A stretch of DNA of 64,000 bases from assembly GCA_963677925.2 (NCBI GenBank), contig CAXXYH010000003.1, forward strand, positions 736,001 through 800,000. The letters are read 5' to 3'. Shown in pieces: positions 40,006-48,830 of this stretch. The position numbers and the translations under genes are program-made. This DNA is from Spirochaetia bacterium. GTDB lineage: Bacteria > Spirochaetota > Spirochaetia > UBA9216. Positions within the stretch are counted from its first letter, which is position 1; the number at the start of each line of letters is the position of its first letter. The notes beneath the pieces are model-generated. The model saw nothing but the letters and a program-made list of their open reading frames with translations, did not search any database and had not been told where the DNA came from.

Positions 40006-40596
40006 ATGGAAAATAGAAAGCTGACCCGTAAAGAGCAGGCAAAGATAACTCAGGATAAAATTTTCAGTTCTGCAATAGATTTAATGGAAAAAAAAGGTTT
40101 TGACAACATGACCATCAGCGATATTATCAGTCATGCTGATGTATCAGTAGGAACTTTTTATCATTATTTCAAATCAAAAGAAGACGTTTTCTTCGAGTTA
40201 TACAGAAATGCAGATCAATATTTCAAGGAAATTGCTTTGCTTGATATCGAAATCAGCAAAGGTTCCTCAGCCGATAAAATAGTACTTTTCTTTATTCACT
40301 ATGCAAAATTCAATATAAACAACGGTCTCCAGAACGTCAGCCAGCTGTACAGCACAAAAAATAAGTTATTCATTGGAAAAAACAGGTACATGATACATCT
40401 TCTGAAACAGCTGATCGAAAACGGCCAGCAGAATTCTGAGTTAAGAACCGATATAAGTGTAGAAGCGATAGTTGATCAACTCTTTATAACCGGACGAGGT
40501 ATTGTGTTTGACTGGTGTCTGCATGATGGAAAATATGATCTGGAACAGAAAATGCGTATAATCTTTGAAAATTATATCCGGATGTTTCTACAATAG
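40006..40596 (+). CDS. TetR/AcrR-family regulator
   Basis: HTH T...I...A.VSVGTFYHYF.SKE; likely start is the ATG at 40006. Confidence 0.92.
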   Translation: MENRKLTRKEQAKITQDKIFSSAIDLMEKKGFDNMTISDIISHADVSVGTFYHYFKSKEDVFFELYRNADQYFKEIALLDIEISKGSSADKIVLFFIHYAKFNINNGLQNVSQLYSTKNKLFIGKNRYMIHLLKQLIENGQQNSELRTDISVEAIVDQLFITGRGIVFDWCLHDGKYDLEQKMRIIFENYIRMFLQ

Positions 40597-40604
40597 ATTA
40601 ATAT

Positions 40605-40642
40605 AAAAAACCGAATGGAATGAATTACCATTCGGTTTTTTT
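40605..40642. terminator. Bidirectional terminator
   Basis: AAAAAACCGAATGG/CCATTCGGTTTTTT. Confidence 0.8.
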
Positions 40643-40656
40643 CAACTTTCAGCTTA

Positions 40657-41712
40657 TTACTGATGTGAATAAAGCTGAATGCCCTCTTCAAGAGCTTCAA
40701 ACTTGAAAAGCCATGTTCCGCCGGGTCCTGCACCCTGGAGGTATGCCTCTTTTGATCCCGGCTTTATTGCCAGGTTCGGCGTCATGTTGTAAGCGGCTCT
40801 GTCCGGCACAAGAATATTCAGGATCGGAAGCCCCATGGGATCAATGACAAGTACACGACCGCCCATCTGCATAGCCTGATAAAGGTTTCCTTTTGCATCA
40901 ACCTTGTTTGAATCGGGCGCGGTGAGTCCTGTATTACGGTATACATAAGAGAAGCCCATGATGTGCTCCATATGAGTTCCGTCTTCAGTCAGATTCATCT
41001 GTACAACAACATTTCTGCCGGGTTCTGCAACCCAGAGAGTCCTTCCATTGGGAGCGAGACAAATACCGTTACATGCAGCCATGTTTCCGGCAATCTTATG
41101 AAGAACCTTGTATCCGCCTTCAGCATCAAGCCTGAAAACACCGCCGATCGGCTCAACAGCTGAACCGCTGAAGTCGGTAAAGTAGAGGTTACCCTCATTA
41201 TCAAAAACTACATCGTTTATGCTTAGTCTTCTGCCTTCATCAAGCGGAGTAAGAGTTTCAAGCAGTTCTCCGTCTTTGCTGATTATCAGAATATCACCGG
41301 TAAGGCTGCAAGCAAACAGTCTGCCGTCCTTGTGAAATGCAAGACCTACAGGAATCTGTCCCGGAGCTTCATAGAATGCTGTCAGATTTTTATCTGCATC
41401 AATCTTAACTATAGTAGGAAGCGGCGCACCAGGAACCGGAGGAGTTGTTCTGCAGACATAGAGGTTTCCCTCTCTGTCAAAGGCAGGACCTTCCATACCG
41501 GGCTGTTCATCCGCACCGGCAATCTCTATCCAGGGTTCTGCAACAATGTAAGGCAGTTCAGCTACATCAGCAGGAAGACCGGGAATTTTTTCTACAACAG
41601 GTGCGGTTTCCTGCACCGGAGCTGATTCTTCAGCCTGAGGCTGAGCGAAGAGAGCTGCAGGAAGCAAAACAGCTAAGACCAGCAGCATACAGAGTACAAG
41701 TTTTTTTGTCAT
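40657..41712 (-). CDS. Exported SMP-30/gluconolactonase-family (Drp35-like) lactonase
   Basis: Signal peptide; EGP.FD, ND, NG and PD metal ligands of the six-bladed propeller. Confidence 0.85.
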   Translation of the reverse strand: MTKKLVLCMLLVLAVLLPAALFAQPQAEESAPVQETAPVVEKIPGLPADVAELPYIVAEPWIEIAGADEQPGMEGPAFDREGNLYVCRTTPPVPGAPLPTIVKIDADKNLTAFYEAPGQIPVGLAFHKDGRLFACSLTGDILIISKDGELLETLTPLDEGRRLSINDVVFDNEGNLYFTDFSGSAVEPIGGVFRLDAEGGYKVLHKIAGNMAACNGICLAPNGRTLWVAEPGRNVVVQMNLTEDGTHMEHIMGFSYVYRNTGLTAPDSNKVDAKGNLYQAMQMGGRVLVIDPMGLPILNILVPDRAAYNMTPNLAIKPGSKEAYLQGAGPGGTWLFKFEALEEGIQLYSHQ

Positions 41713-41881
41713 TTTTTCTCCTTTTCATATATTTACTTCTATCTAACCTTTTATATAGAAGATTTTGAGCTGAATTGATTTAATTTCCGTATATTGTGTT
41801 ATCAAGCTTTTTTTCTAATTCTTCTATGGACATTGAAAATTACCTACCTTCAAAAAATCAACCCGTACACAGGATTCACTT

Positions 41882-41947
41882 ATGTTAGTTTTGAATTTTC
41901 CGACTGTCCAATTGATAATTTCTATTCACTCTATAGTTAAAAGTTAT
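41882..41947 (-). promoter_or_regulatory. Lactonase promoter with LysR-type motif (copy C)
   Basis: Minus-strand TGGACA-N17-TAACAT with an ATAG-N7-TTAT box. Confidence 0.55.
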
Positions 41948-41995
41948 AAAACTGTGTTTTTCCCGAACATTTTCACCGAATATATTCGATTAAAC

Positions 41996-42024
41996 TTGAC
42001 AGCTGGAGAATTTGGCCATAAAAT
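41996..42024 (+). promoter_or_regulatory. Sigma70-type promoter of the FAD/CCG/FAD operon
   Basis: TTGACA-N17-TAAAAT. Confidence 0.7.
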
Positions 42025-42088
42025 AATGCTGTTGAATCAATAAATGACAAACAACACATAAACAAAATCTTAATTATTGGAGATTACC

Positions 42089-43552
42089 ATGAGTGATACG
42101 CTTAGCCGATTAACTAGTATTGTCGGTGGAGAAAATGTGATTGAGAATCCGGATTTCTTCAGCTCTTCCGTCTGGTTTAAAACAGGCGAAAATCAGCTAA
42201 CTCCTGATTTTCTTGTAAAAGCAGCAAGTACCGAACAGGTTCAGGAAGTGGTTAAACTTGCCAATGAACTTGCACTGCCCTTAATTCCGGTCAGTTCATC
42301 AGCTCCCCATAAAACAGGAGGAGTTTCTGTTGATGTACCGGGAGCTATTGTTCTTGACATGAGCGGAATGAAAAAAATCATCCGAATTGACAGAACTCAC
42401 TGCATAGCAGTAGTAGAACCTGGAGTAACCTGGGAAGAATTATCAGTTGAATGCGCAAAAAAAGATCTTAGAATTACACACCCTCTTCTTCCCAAGAAGG
42501 GAAAATCTGTAATTGCAAGCCTCGTTGACAGGGAACCCTGTATTTCTCCGAAGTTTCAGTACAGCATGACTGAGCCACTCAGATCGCTTGAGATTATTTT
42601 CGGAACAGGCGATAAGGTTCTTACCGGAATGGGCGGCCATATGCTCAACGATGATAAAAAATGGGAAGGCGGCGAAGTACCTATCACAAATAACGGGCCT
42701 CACCAGTTTGACTTCATGAAAATGGTTTCAGCTGCACAGGGCGCAATGGGTATTGTAACAATGGCATCACTCAAACTTGAGCCCATCGGAAAAGAAGAAA
42801 AAGCTCTTTTTATCGAAAGTAATTCCTACGATAAACTTGTAGATTTCCTTTATACTACACTGAAATTCAGATTCGGTGATGAAGTATGCGTTTTCAATAA
42901 AAAAGCCCTTGCTTCAATCCTTGCTGACGATGCAGAAGGCGTAGACGCATTCGAATCAAAACTTTCACCCTGGACCGCCCTTGTTAATATTAAATGGGGA
43001 GCTCTCAGAGCCAAGGAAAAGATTGCTGTTCAGGAAGAAGATATTGCTGAAATTGCACAGAATAACGGTCTTGTTCCAACATTTACAGTAGGCGGAATCC
43101 CCGCTGCCAAAGTAACAAAAAAAATCATTGCTGTTGACGGTGACAGTGAATGGAAAAGCAAGGCTACAGGAGCTTCAAAGGAAATATTCTTCCTTTCTAC
43201 TCTTGATAAACTTCAGGGACAGTTAAAAAAAGCTGCAGAAGTAGCTGATAAACACGGATATGCTTTCTCCGACTGCCCGATTTACCTGCAGCCTCTTCAC
43301 CAGGGTGTAGCTGTACACTGCAGTATTGCGCTTCCGATAACTGAAGATCAGGCTGACTCAGCTGAATACAAAGCACTCTACGATGACATGAGCAGGGAGC
43401 TTGCAGGTGTTGGAGCTTTTTATTCAAGACCCTACGGTATCTGGTCTGAGATTATGTATGAAGGCAATGCTCAGCACACTCAGCTGACAAAGCAGATGAA
43501 AGACATCTTCGATCCCGAGTATGTGATGAACCCGGGCAAACTGTGCTTCTAG
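42089..43552 (+). CDS. FAD-binding oxidoreductase (VAO/PCMH/GlcD superfamily)
   Basis: VEPGVT, G.MGIVT, C-terminal FDP..VMNPGK; ATG at 42089 after GGAG. Confidence 0.85.
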   Translation: MSDTLSRLTSIVGGENVIENPDFFSSSVWFKTGENQLTPDFLVKAASTEQVQEVVKLANELALPLIPVSSSAPHKTGGVSVDVPGAIVLDMSGMKKIIRIDRTHCIAVVEPGVTWEELSVECAKKDLRITHPLLPKKGKSVIASLVDREPCISPKFQYSMTEPLRSLEIIFGTGDKVLTGMGGHMLNDDKKWEGGEVPITNNGPHQFDFMKMVSAAQGAMGIVTMASLKLEPIGKEEKALFIESNSYDKLVDFLYTTLKFRFGDEVCVFNKKALASILADDAEGVDAFESKLSPWTALVNIKWGALRAKEKIAVQEEDIAEIAQNNGLVPTFTVGGIPAAKVTKKIIAVDGDSEWKSKATGASKEIFFLSTLDKLQGQLKKAAEVADKHGYAFSDCPIYLQPLHQGVAVHCSIALPITEDQADSAEYKALYDDMSRELAGVGAFYSRPYGIWSEIMYEGNAQHTQLTKQMKDIFDPEYVMNPGKLCF

Positions 43553-43574
43553 TGCAAGGAATAAGGAGAGAATA

Positions 43575-44843
43575 ATGGCATTAAAAGACTATACAAAAGA
43601 AATAGAAAGATGCAGCGCCTGTTCATACTGTAAATGGATTCCATTTGACCAGGTTAAGAGCATCAGATACTCAAAAAACTGCCCAAGTATTGATTACTTC
43701 AATTTTAACAACTATTCAGCACGAGGCAGATATCTGACAGCAAAGGCTATTCTAAGAGGCGAAGCTGAAATTACTGCTGAAGTAGAACAGATAGTTCACA
43801 CATGTCTTACATGCGGCTCATGTGATGTAGCCTGTAAGATTGCAAGATACAATCTCGAACCTCTTGAGATGGCCAAGGAACTTCGAAAAGACCTTGTGGC
43901 TAAGGGAAATTATCCTGAAACTCAGAAGGCTCTTGTTGAAAACCTTAAAAAAGAAGCAAACATCTTTGGAAAAGCAAGAAAGTCACGCGGAGACTGGGCA
44001 AAAGGACTTAATTTAAAAGACCTTACCAAAGAGAAAGCAGAAGTTGTCTTTCATGCAGGCTGCTCATACAGCTATGATGAAAAACTTCAGGGTACTGTAA
44101 AAACTGCAGTTGAAATTCTCGGTAAAGCCGGAGTTGATTTCGGAATTATGGGCGATGCAGAAATGTGCTGCGGCGCAAGAATCAATTCAATGGGTCATAC
44201 TGATGAATATGAAAGACTTGCAAAAGCTAACATTGCACTCTGGGAAAAAGCCGGAGTTAAAACAATCGTTACAGCATGTTCTGACGGATATCATGCATTC
44301 AAAAGACTCTACCCCCTCCTTGGAGCCGATTTCAAGGTAATGCACATTGTAGAATACATTGATCAGCTTATCAAAGACGGAAAACTTAAGTTTACCAAAG
44401 AAGTTCCAATGACTGTAACATACCATGACCCCTGTCACCTCGGTCGTCAGGGTGAAGAATATGAAGCATGGGACGGAAAGGAAACAACCTACAAGAGTCA
44501 GATCATCGTTCATGAACCGCGCAAACCCAGATACAACGGAGCCTACGGTATCTATGATGAGCCCAGAAATATCCTCAATGCCATCCCGGGTGTAGAACTT
44601 CGTGAAATGGAAAGAATCAGGGAATACAGCTACTGCTGCGGAGCAGGCGGCGGAGCCAAGGAAAACTACCCGGAATATTCCGCATGGGTTGCAAATGAAA
44701 GACTTGATGAGGCTGCCTCAACAGGTGCTGAAACCCTGGTAACAGCTTGTCCATGGTGTAAAACCAATTTCAGTGATTCTGCTGCGGATGATAACTCCAT
44801 GGCTATCATCGATATACTTGACCTTGTAAGTAAGGCACTTTAA
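43575..44843 (+). CDS. CCG-domain Fe-S protein (GlcF/HdrD-like)
   Basis: CSACSYC..CP, CLTCGSCDVAC, two CCG motifs, YHDPCHLGR, TACPWC. Confidence 0.9.
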   Translation: MALKDYTKEIERCSACSYCKWIPFDQVKSIRYSKNCPSIDYFNFNNYSARGRYLTAKAILRGEAEITAEVEQIVHTCLTCGSCDVACKIARYNLEPLEMAKELRKDLVAKGNYPETQKALVENLKKEANIFGKARKSRGDWAKGLNLKDLTKEKAEVVFHAGCSYSYDEKLQGTVKTAVEILGKAGVDFGIMGDAEMCCGARINSMGHTDEYERLAKANIALWEKAGVKTIVTACSDGYHAFKRLYPLLGADFKVMHIVEYIDQLIKDGKLKFTKEVPMTVTYHDPCHLGRQGEEYEAWDGKETTYKSQIIVHEPRKPRYNGAYGIYDEPRNILNAIPGVELREMERIREYSYCCGAGGGAKENYPEYSAWVANERLDEAASTGAETLVTACPWCKTNFSDSAADDNSMAIIDILDLVSKAL

Positions 44844-44858
44844 ACAGGGAGAAGATAA

Positions 44859-46517
44859 ATGAGTTTAACAGATAAACAATACCGGGAATTAGAAGCCATT
44901 GTCGGTAAAAGAAATATTTCAAGAGACGATGCTGTGCTTGATGGTTACAGATATAACCTGTCCCACACCGCTATCCATCTCGGCCCTCACTTTGACGTAC
45001 GTACTCCGCGACCCCTGGCAGTTATGCTTCCGGGAAGTACAGAAGATGTACAGGCAATTACAAAGTTCTGTGCAAAACATAAGATTAAATATAAACCATC
45101 TACAACATTCTGGTCAGCACAGGGATATCCCTGTGATAATGAAACAATTGTTCTTGATATGAGAAGAATGGACAGAATTCTTGAAATTGATGCCAAAAAT
45201 ATGATTGCAGTTGTTGAACCGGGAGTACTCGGAGCAACACTTCAGGCTGAAGTTATGAAAGTCGGTCTCAACTGTCATATTCAGGGTTCAGGATGTTCTT
45301 GTTCAATCCTGGCAGGTGCTACTGCATGGCTGGGTTCAGGTCCAAGTAACCTTTACGCCGGTCAGCAGTATGAAAACCTTCTTGGAGCAGAATGGGTTCT
45401 GCCTTCAGGAGAAGTACTTAAAACCGGTTCACTCGCATATGATGATCCTACAGGATTCTGCGGCGAAGGCCCCGGCCCGTCAATGCGCGGTGCTATCCGT
45501 GGAATGTTCGGTTCAAAGGGTTCAATAGGTACTTTCACAAAATGTGCTGTAAAACTCTATGCATGGCCGGGTCCAAAAGAACTTCCGGTTTATGGAAAAG
45601 CCCCTGCATATACAACTAAGCTTCCTTCCAACTTCAATGCTTTTACACTTGCTTTCCCGACATGGGAAGCATGGGCAAAGACAGCACATCTGCTCTGGGA
45701 AAACCAGATTGGATACAGCGCTCACCGCCAGTTCAACTTCCTTGGAAGAGATTTAAAGTGGGGTATGATTCAGATTCTTACTGATCCTACAAAAACAATC
45801 TCTGACCTTGAAAGTCTTGTTAATGCACCTGACTTCAAAGAAAAAAATGACTCGATGAAGATAGATTTCCAGCTCATCATGGCCGGAATGACACAGCGTG
45901 ATTACGACTGGCAGAAAGAAACTCTTGATGAGATTCTTGAGATTACAGGCGGATGGATTGTAGAGTGTATGGATACTGAGCACCTAACAAACTATACCCT
46001 TCTCTACCTTCTCAGACTCGGACATAAGTCACTCAACCTTGTTTACGGCGGAGGTTACGACGGAAACTTCGGAATGATCAACGCAATTGACTTCGGTTCA
46101 CAGAGAGCTGAGGAAGTCGGTGATTTCAAGCGTGAATGGGAAAAGAAGGGAACTATCGTTGAAGGCGGCGGAGACTGTATGATGGGACCAATCGGCGGCC
46201 AGGGAGGCGGCGGATCAGGACTCTGGGAAAACTTCACATGTTTCGACAGTGCAGATAAAACCTCAACTGACGGATGTCTTGAGTTCTTTGATGCATCAGC
46301 TGCATTCACATCTTCAAAAGGATGGTCCGGATGTGGATTTGAGAAACTTAACTCAAATGCACGTGGTTATGACGGCTATTCAACAACACCTGATTTCAGA
46401 AAGAATGCATATTCAAAGCATCCTGCTGCTGCAGCTTTCAAATACCAGGCAAAAGTTTACAAGTCAATGAACCCGGATGATCTCGGTGATACTTACTACG
46501 AGAGAATGCCCGACTAA
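44859..46517 (+). CDS. FAD-binding oxidoreductase (VAO/PCMH/GlcD superfamily), second subunit
   Basis: LD.RRMDRILEID, VVEPGV, EWVLP.G, GPGP..RG, G.FTK. Confidence 0.85.
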   Translation: MSLTDKQYRELEAIVGKRNISRDDAVLDGYRYNLSHTAIHLGPHFDVRTPRPLAVMLPGSTEDVQAITKFCAKHKIKYKPSTTFWSAQGYPCDNETIVLDMRRMDRILEIDAKNMIAVVEPGVLGATLQAEVMKVGLNCHIQGSGCSCSILAGATAWLGSGPSNLYAGQQYENLLGAEWVLPSGEVLKTGSLAYDDPTGFCGEGPGPSMRGAIRGMFGSKGSIGTFTKCAVKLYAWPGPKELPVYGKAPAYTTKLPSNFNAFTLAFPTWEAWAKTAHLLWENQIGYSAHRQFNFLGRDLKWGMIQILTDPTKTISDLESLVNAPDFKEKNDSMKIDFQLIMAGMTQRDYDWQKETLDEILEITGGWIVECMDTEHLTNYTLLYLLRLGHKSLNLVYGGGYDGNFGMINAIDFGSQRAEEVGDFKREWEKKGTIVEGGGDCMMGPIGGQGGGGSGLWENFTCFDSADKTSTDGCLEFFDASAAFTSSKGWSGCGFEKLNSNARGYDGYSTTPDFRKNAYSKHPAAAAFKYQAKVYKSMNPDDLGDTYYERMPD

Positions 46518-46625
46518 TTAAGTAATAAAACATCGGCGGAGGTTTCTGCTCTAATCCATATGAGCAGGCCCCAGCCTTATGTTTTAAGATATCAGTTTAG
46601 CACTGAATCAACCCTCCAGAAAAAT

Positions 46626-46662
46626 GGGGCTGCCGCATACCCGATAGGCAGCCCCTCTTTTT
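46626..46662 (+). terminator. Intrinsic terminator
   Basis: GGGGCTGCC/GGCAGCCCC stem followed by a T tract. Confidence 0.8.
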
Positions 46663-46705
46663 ATATTCCTCCATTTATTCTTTTTATTTATTCTTTCTCT
46701 TTTCC

Positions 46706-46771
46706 ATAGATTTCAGCTATCAAAACGATGATTTAATAGAATTGGACAGGAAATTCAGTTGAAGCTATAAT
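46706..46771 (+). promoter_or_regulatory. Promoter of the UGSC-like gene with LysR-type motif (copy D)
   Basis: Perfect ATAG-N7-CTAT box at 46706-46720, then TGGACA-N17-TATAAT. Confidence 0.7.
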
Positions 46772-46842
46772 TTCTTGACAGTAAACGTTTTATACAATTG
46801 CAGAACACCTTCCTGTTCTGCTTTTAATATTAGGAGAGATTA

Positions 46843-48546
46843 ATGAAATATTCAGCTTTGAATCCTGTAGGCATCCCTGATCCGCTTGATGTGATAGGAC
46901 TCAATTCCCGTGTAGCCGACCTGAACGGAAAGACAATAGGACTGTACTGCACCTTTAAAGCCCACTGGGTTTTGATTTTAAAAGAATTGGAAAAACAGCT
47001 TTCAGCTCTTTATCCTGACGCGAAGTTTACCTATTTTCAGTACACAAAGGATCTCAATTCTCACACCCAGGTAGCTGAGGTAATGAAAGACCCGGATGTC
47101 CGCCCTGATTTTGAAAAATGGATTGCAGATACCGATGTCGTAATTGTAACCAATGCAGATGCGGGTTCATGCTCACTTTACCTGACATATAACGCCACTT
47201 TCTGTGAAAGACTGAAAAAACCAATGGTTATGACTGTAAACCCGGCATTTATCCAGATCAGCAGAAAGGCTGCCGGTCTCAGGGGAGTGCCTGCAATACG
47301 CATGGCGGAACTAAATATAGGTGATATCTCAATGGAAGAAGATTTAACCTACTTCATAAACGAGTTCATCCCATCAGAAGTTAAGAAATCACTTCCTTCA
47401 ATTATTGACGGTCTTACAAAACCGCTCTCTGAATCAGAGAAGAATCCAGCTATTGAAACAGCAGAAGTACCTGTTGTTGAATATTGCGGTAATCTGGAAG
47501 AAGTCAATATGCATTTCTACAACGAGGGGTTGTCCTACGGCTTTCCTATCATCCCCCCGACAGAGGAACTGGTAAACCAGATGCTTGCCGGCACTGACCT
47601 GCCGCCCAACCATATTGTAGCAAGAATGCCTCCTATGAACGGCAATGCAACGGTAGAAAAAATTGCTGTAAACGCGGTTATGGCAGGTTGTCTTCCTACT
47701 TACATGCCCGTCCTTATTGCTGCTGTTGAGGCTATGGTCGATCCGCACATGTGGTTTGAAGCCTACACAACCAGCGTCGCAAACTGGGCGCCTATGATGA
47801 TGGTAAACGGACCTATCAGAAATGATATCGGGCTGAATTACGGTCTGGGAACACTCAGTCCCTACTTCAAGGCCAACGCAACTATCGGTCATGCCATGGG
47901 TCTCATTATTATGAATATTGCCGGCATTAAGCACGGATTTGAAGACATGGGTTTCCTTGGTCATGAAGGCCGTTTCGGTATCTGTATCGGCGAAAACGAA
48001 GAGGTCAGCCCATGGGAGCCGATGCACGTTTACTACGGCTTCAAAAAAGAAGACAGTGCAGTAAGCTGCTTCTGGCCTAACACAAGAGCCTTTACCATGA
48101 TTGGTAAAGATGTTGCAGGAAGCCTGGCAGCTATGTGTGACGGGATGCAGGTCTTCGGAAGTGATCCCGGTGCGGCCATTGTAATGACAGCCGGTACAGC
48201 CTTTGCACTTCAGGAAGCCGGCTTCGGAAGAAAAGAATTTGTTGATTACATAGTTGAGTATGCAAGACGGCCAGCTGCAGAGATGAATCTCAGGTGGATG
48301 GTCGGCAATAACCACAGGCATCCTGATGTTCCGCTTCCGCTTGAAGCTACACGCTCAACCAGAAAATTCATGTCAGGAGATCACATACCTGTCATAGTTT
48401 CGAGTATCGCAAGATCAGGCGGTGTCCTCATATACGGCGGCGGCGGAGACCACGGCGGACCTGTAACAAAGAAGATGACACTTCCGAAAAACTGGAAAGA
48501 GCTTGTTGCGAAATACAGCGGGTACAGGAAACCGACAATTCTTTAG
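46843..48546 (+). CDS. UGSC-family domain fused to its usual partner domain (function unknown)
   Basis: N-terminal L.GK.IGL...ADAGSC; C-terminal G.PIIPPTEE.V, TVEKIAVNAVMAGC.P, ENEE.SPW motifs, recognised from memory of the family. Confidence 0.65.
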   Translation: MKYSALNPVGIPDPLDVIGLNSRVADLNGKTIGLYCTFKAHWVLILKELEKQLSALYPDAKFTYFQYTKDLNSHTQVAEVMKDPDVRPDFEKWIADTDVVIVTNADAGSCSLYLTYNATFCERLKKPMVMTVNPAFIQISRKAAGLRGVPAIRMAELNIGDISMEEDLTYFINEFIPSEVKKSLPSIIDGLTKPLSESEKNPAIETAEVPVVEYCGNLEEVNMHFYNEGLSYGFPIIPPTEELVNQMLAGTDLPPNHIVARMPPMNGNATVEKIAVNAVMAGCLPTYMPVLIAAVEAMVDPHMWFEAYTTSVANWAPMMMVNGPIRNDIGLNYGLGTLSPYFKANATIGHAMGLIIMNIAGIKHGFEDMGFLGHEGRFGICIGENEEVSPWEPMHVYYGFKKEDSAVSCFWPNTRAFTMIGKDVAGSLAAMCDGMQVFGSDPGAAIVMTAGTAFALQEAGFGRKEFVDYIVEYARRPAAEMNLRWMVGNNHRHPDVPLPLEATRSTRKFMSGDHIPVIVSSIARSGGVLIYGGGGDHGGPVTKKMTLPKNWKELVAKYSGYRKPTIL

Positions 48547-48593
48547 TACCGATATCATTCATCCAGTTTTGAATATCATATCTATGTTTCCGG

Positions 48594-48620
48594 GACCGCC
48601 TTCTATAAGAGGCGGTCTTT
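48594..48620 (+). terminator. Intrinsic terminator
   Basis: GACCGCCT/AGGCGGTC stem followed by TTT. Confidence 0.65.
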
Positions 48621-48638
48621 AGTTTAAAGAGAAAAACT

Positions 48639-48820
48639 TTGGAACTTACCCAGTTTCGATATTATAAAATATTGGTCTTTTACAGGCATTTTACCAATGC
48701 AGCACATCAGCTTTACATCTCACCGAATACGAAAAAAGCCTTTACAATATTGAGGAAAGACACCTGGCAAGGACTGCCAGGCTATTTCTTAACGTAATAG
48801 TCGATTATTTTAATAAACTC
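48639..48820 (+). pseudogene. Internally deleted, frameshifted lysR remnant
   Basis: TTG ORF at 48639-48797 begins MELTQFRYYKILVFYRHFTNAAHQLYIS (LysR HTH start); a shifted frame reads RHLARTARLFLNVIVDYFNK, resembling a LysR C-terminus. Confidence 0.7.
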
Positions 48821-48830
48821 ATAGGTGATT

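Noticed and set aside
41963-41988. CGAACATTTTCA / CGAATATATTCG as a LexA SOS box
   Set aside because: Deviates from CGAAC-N4-GTTCG and the context is catabolic; may be an operator for another regulator
47155-47172. Selenocysteine recoding in the UGSC-like gene
   Set aside because: The codon is GCG, not TGA; I noticed no in-frame TGA read-through candidate in the window
47434-48321. 295-aa antisense ORF
   Set aside because: Lies wholly opposite a well-supported gene and has no recognisable motifs; a codon-bias shadow, like the other short nested ORFs (e.g. 13454-14071, 20092-20685, 55800-56339)
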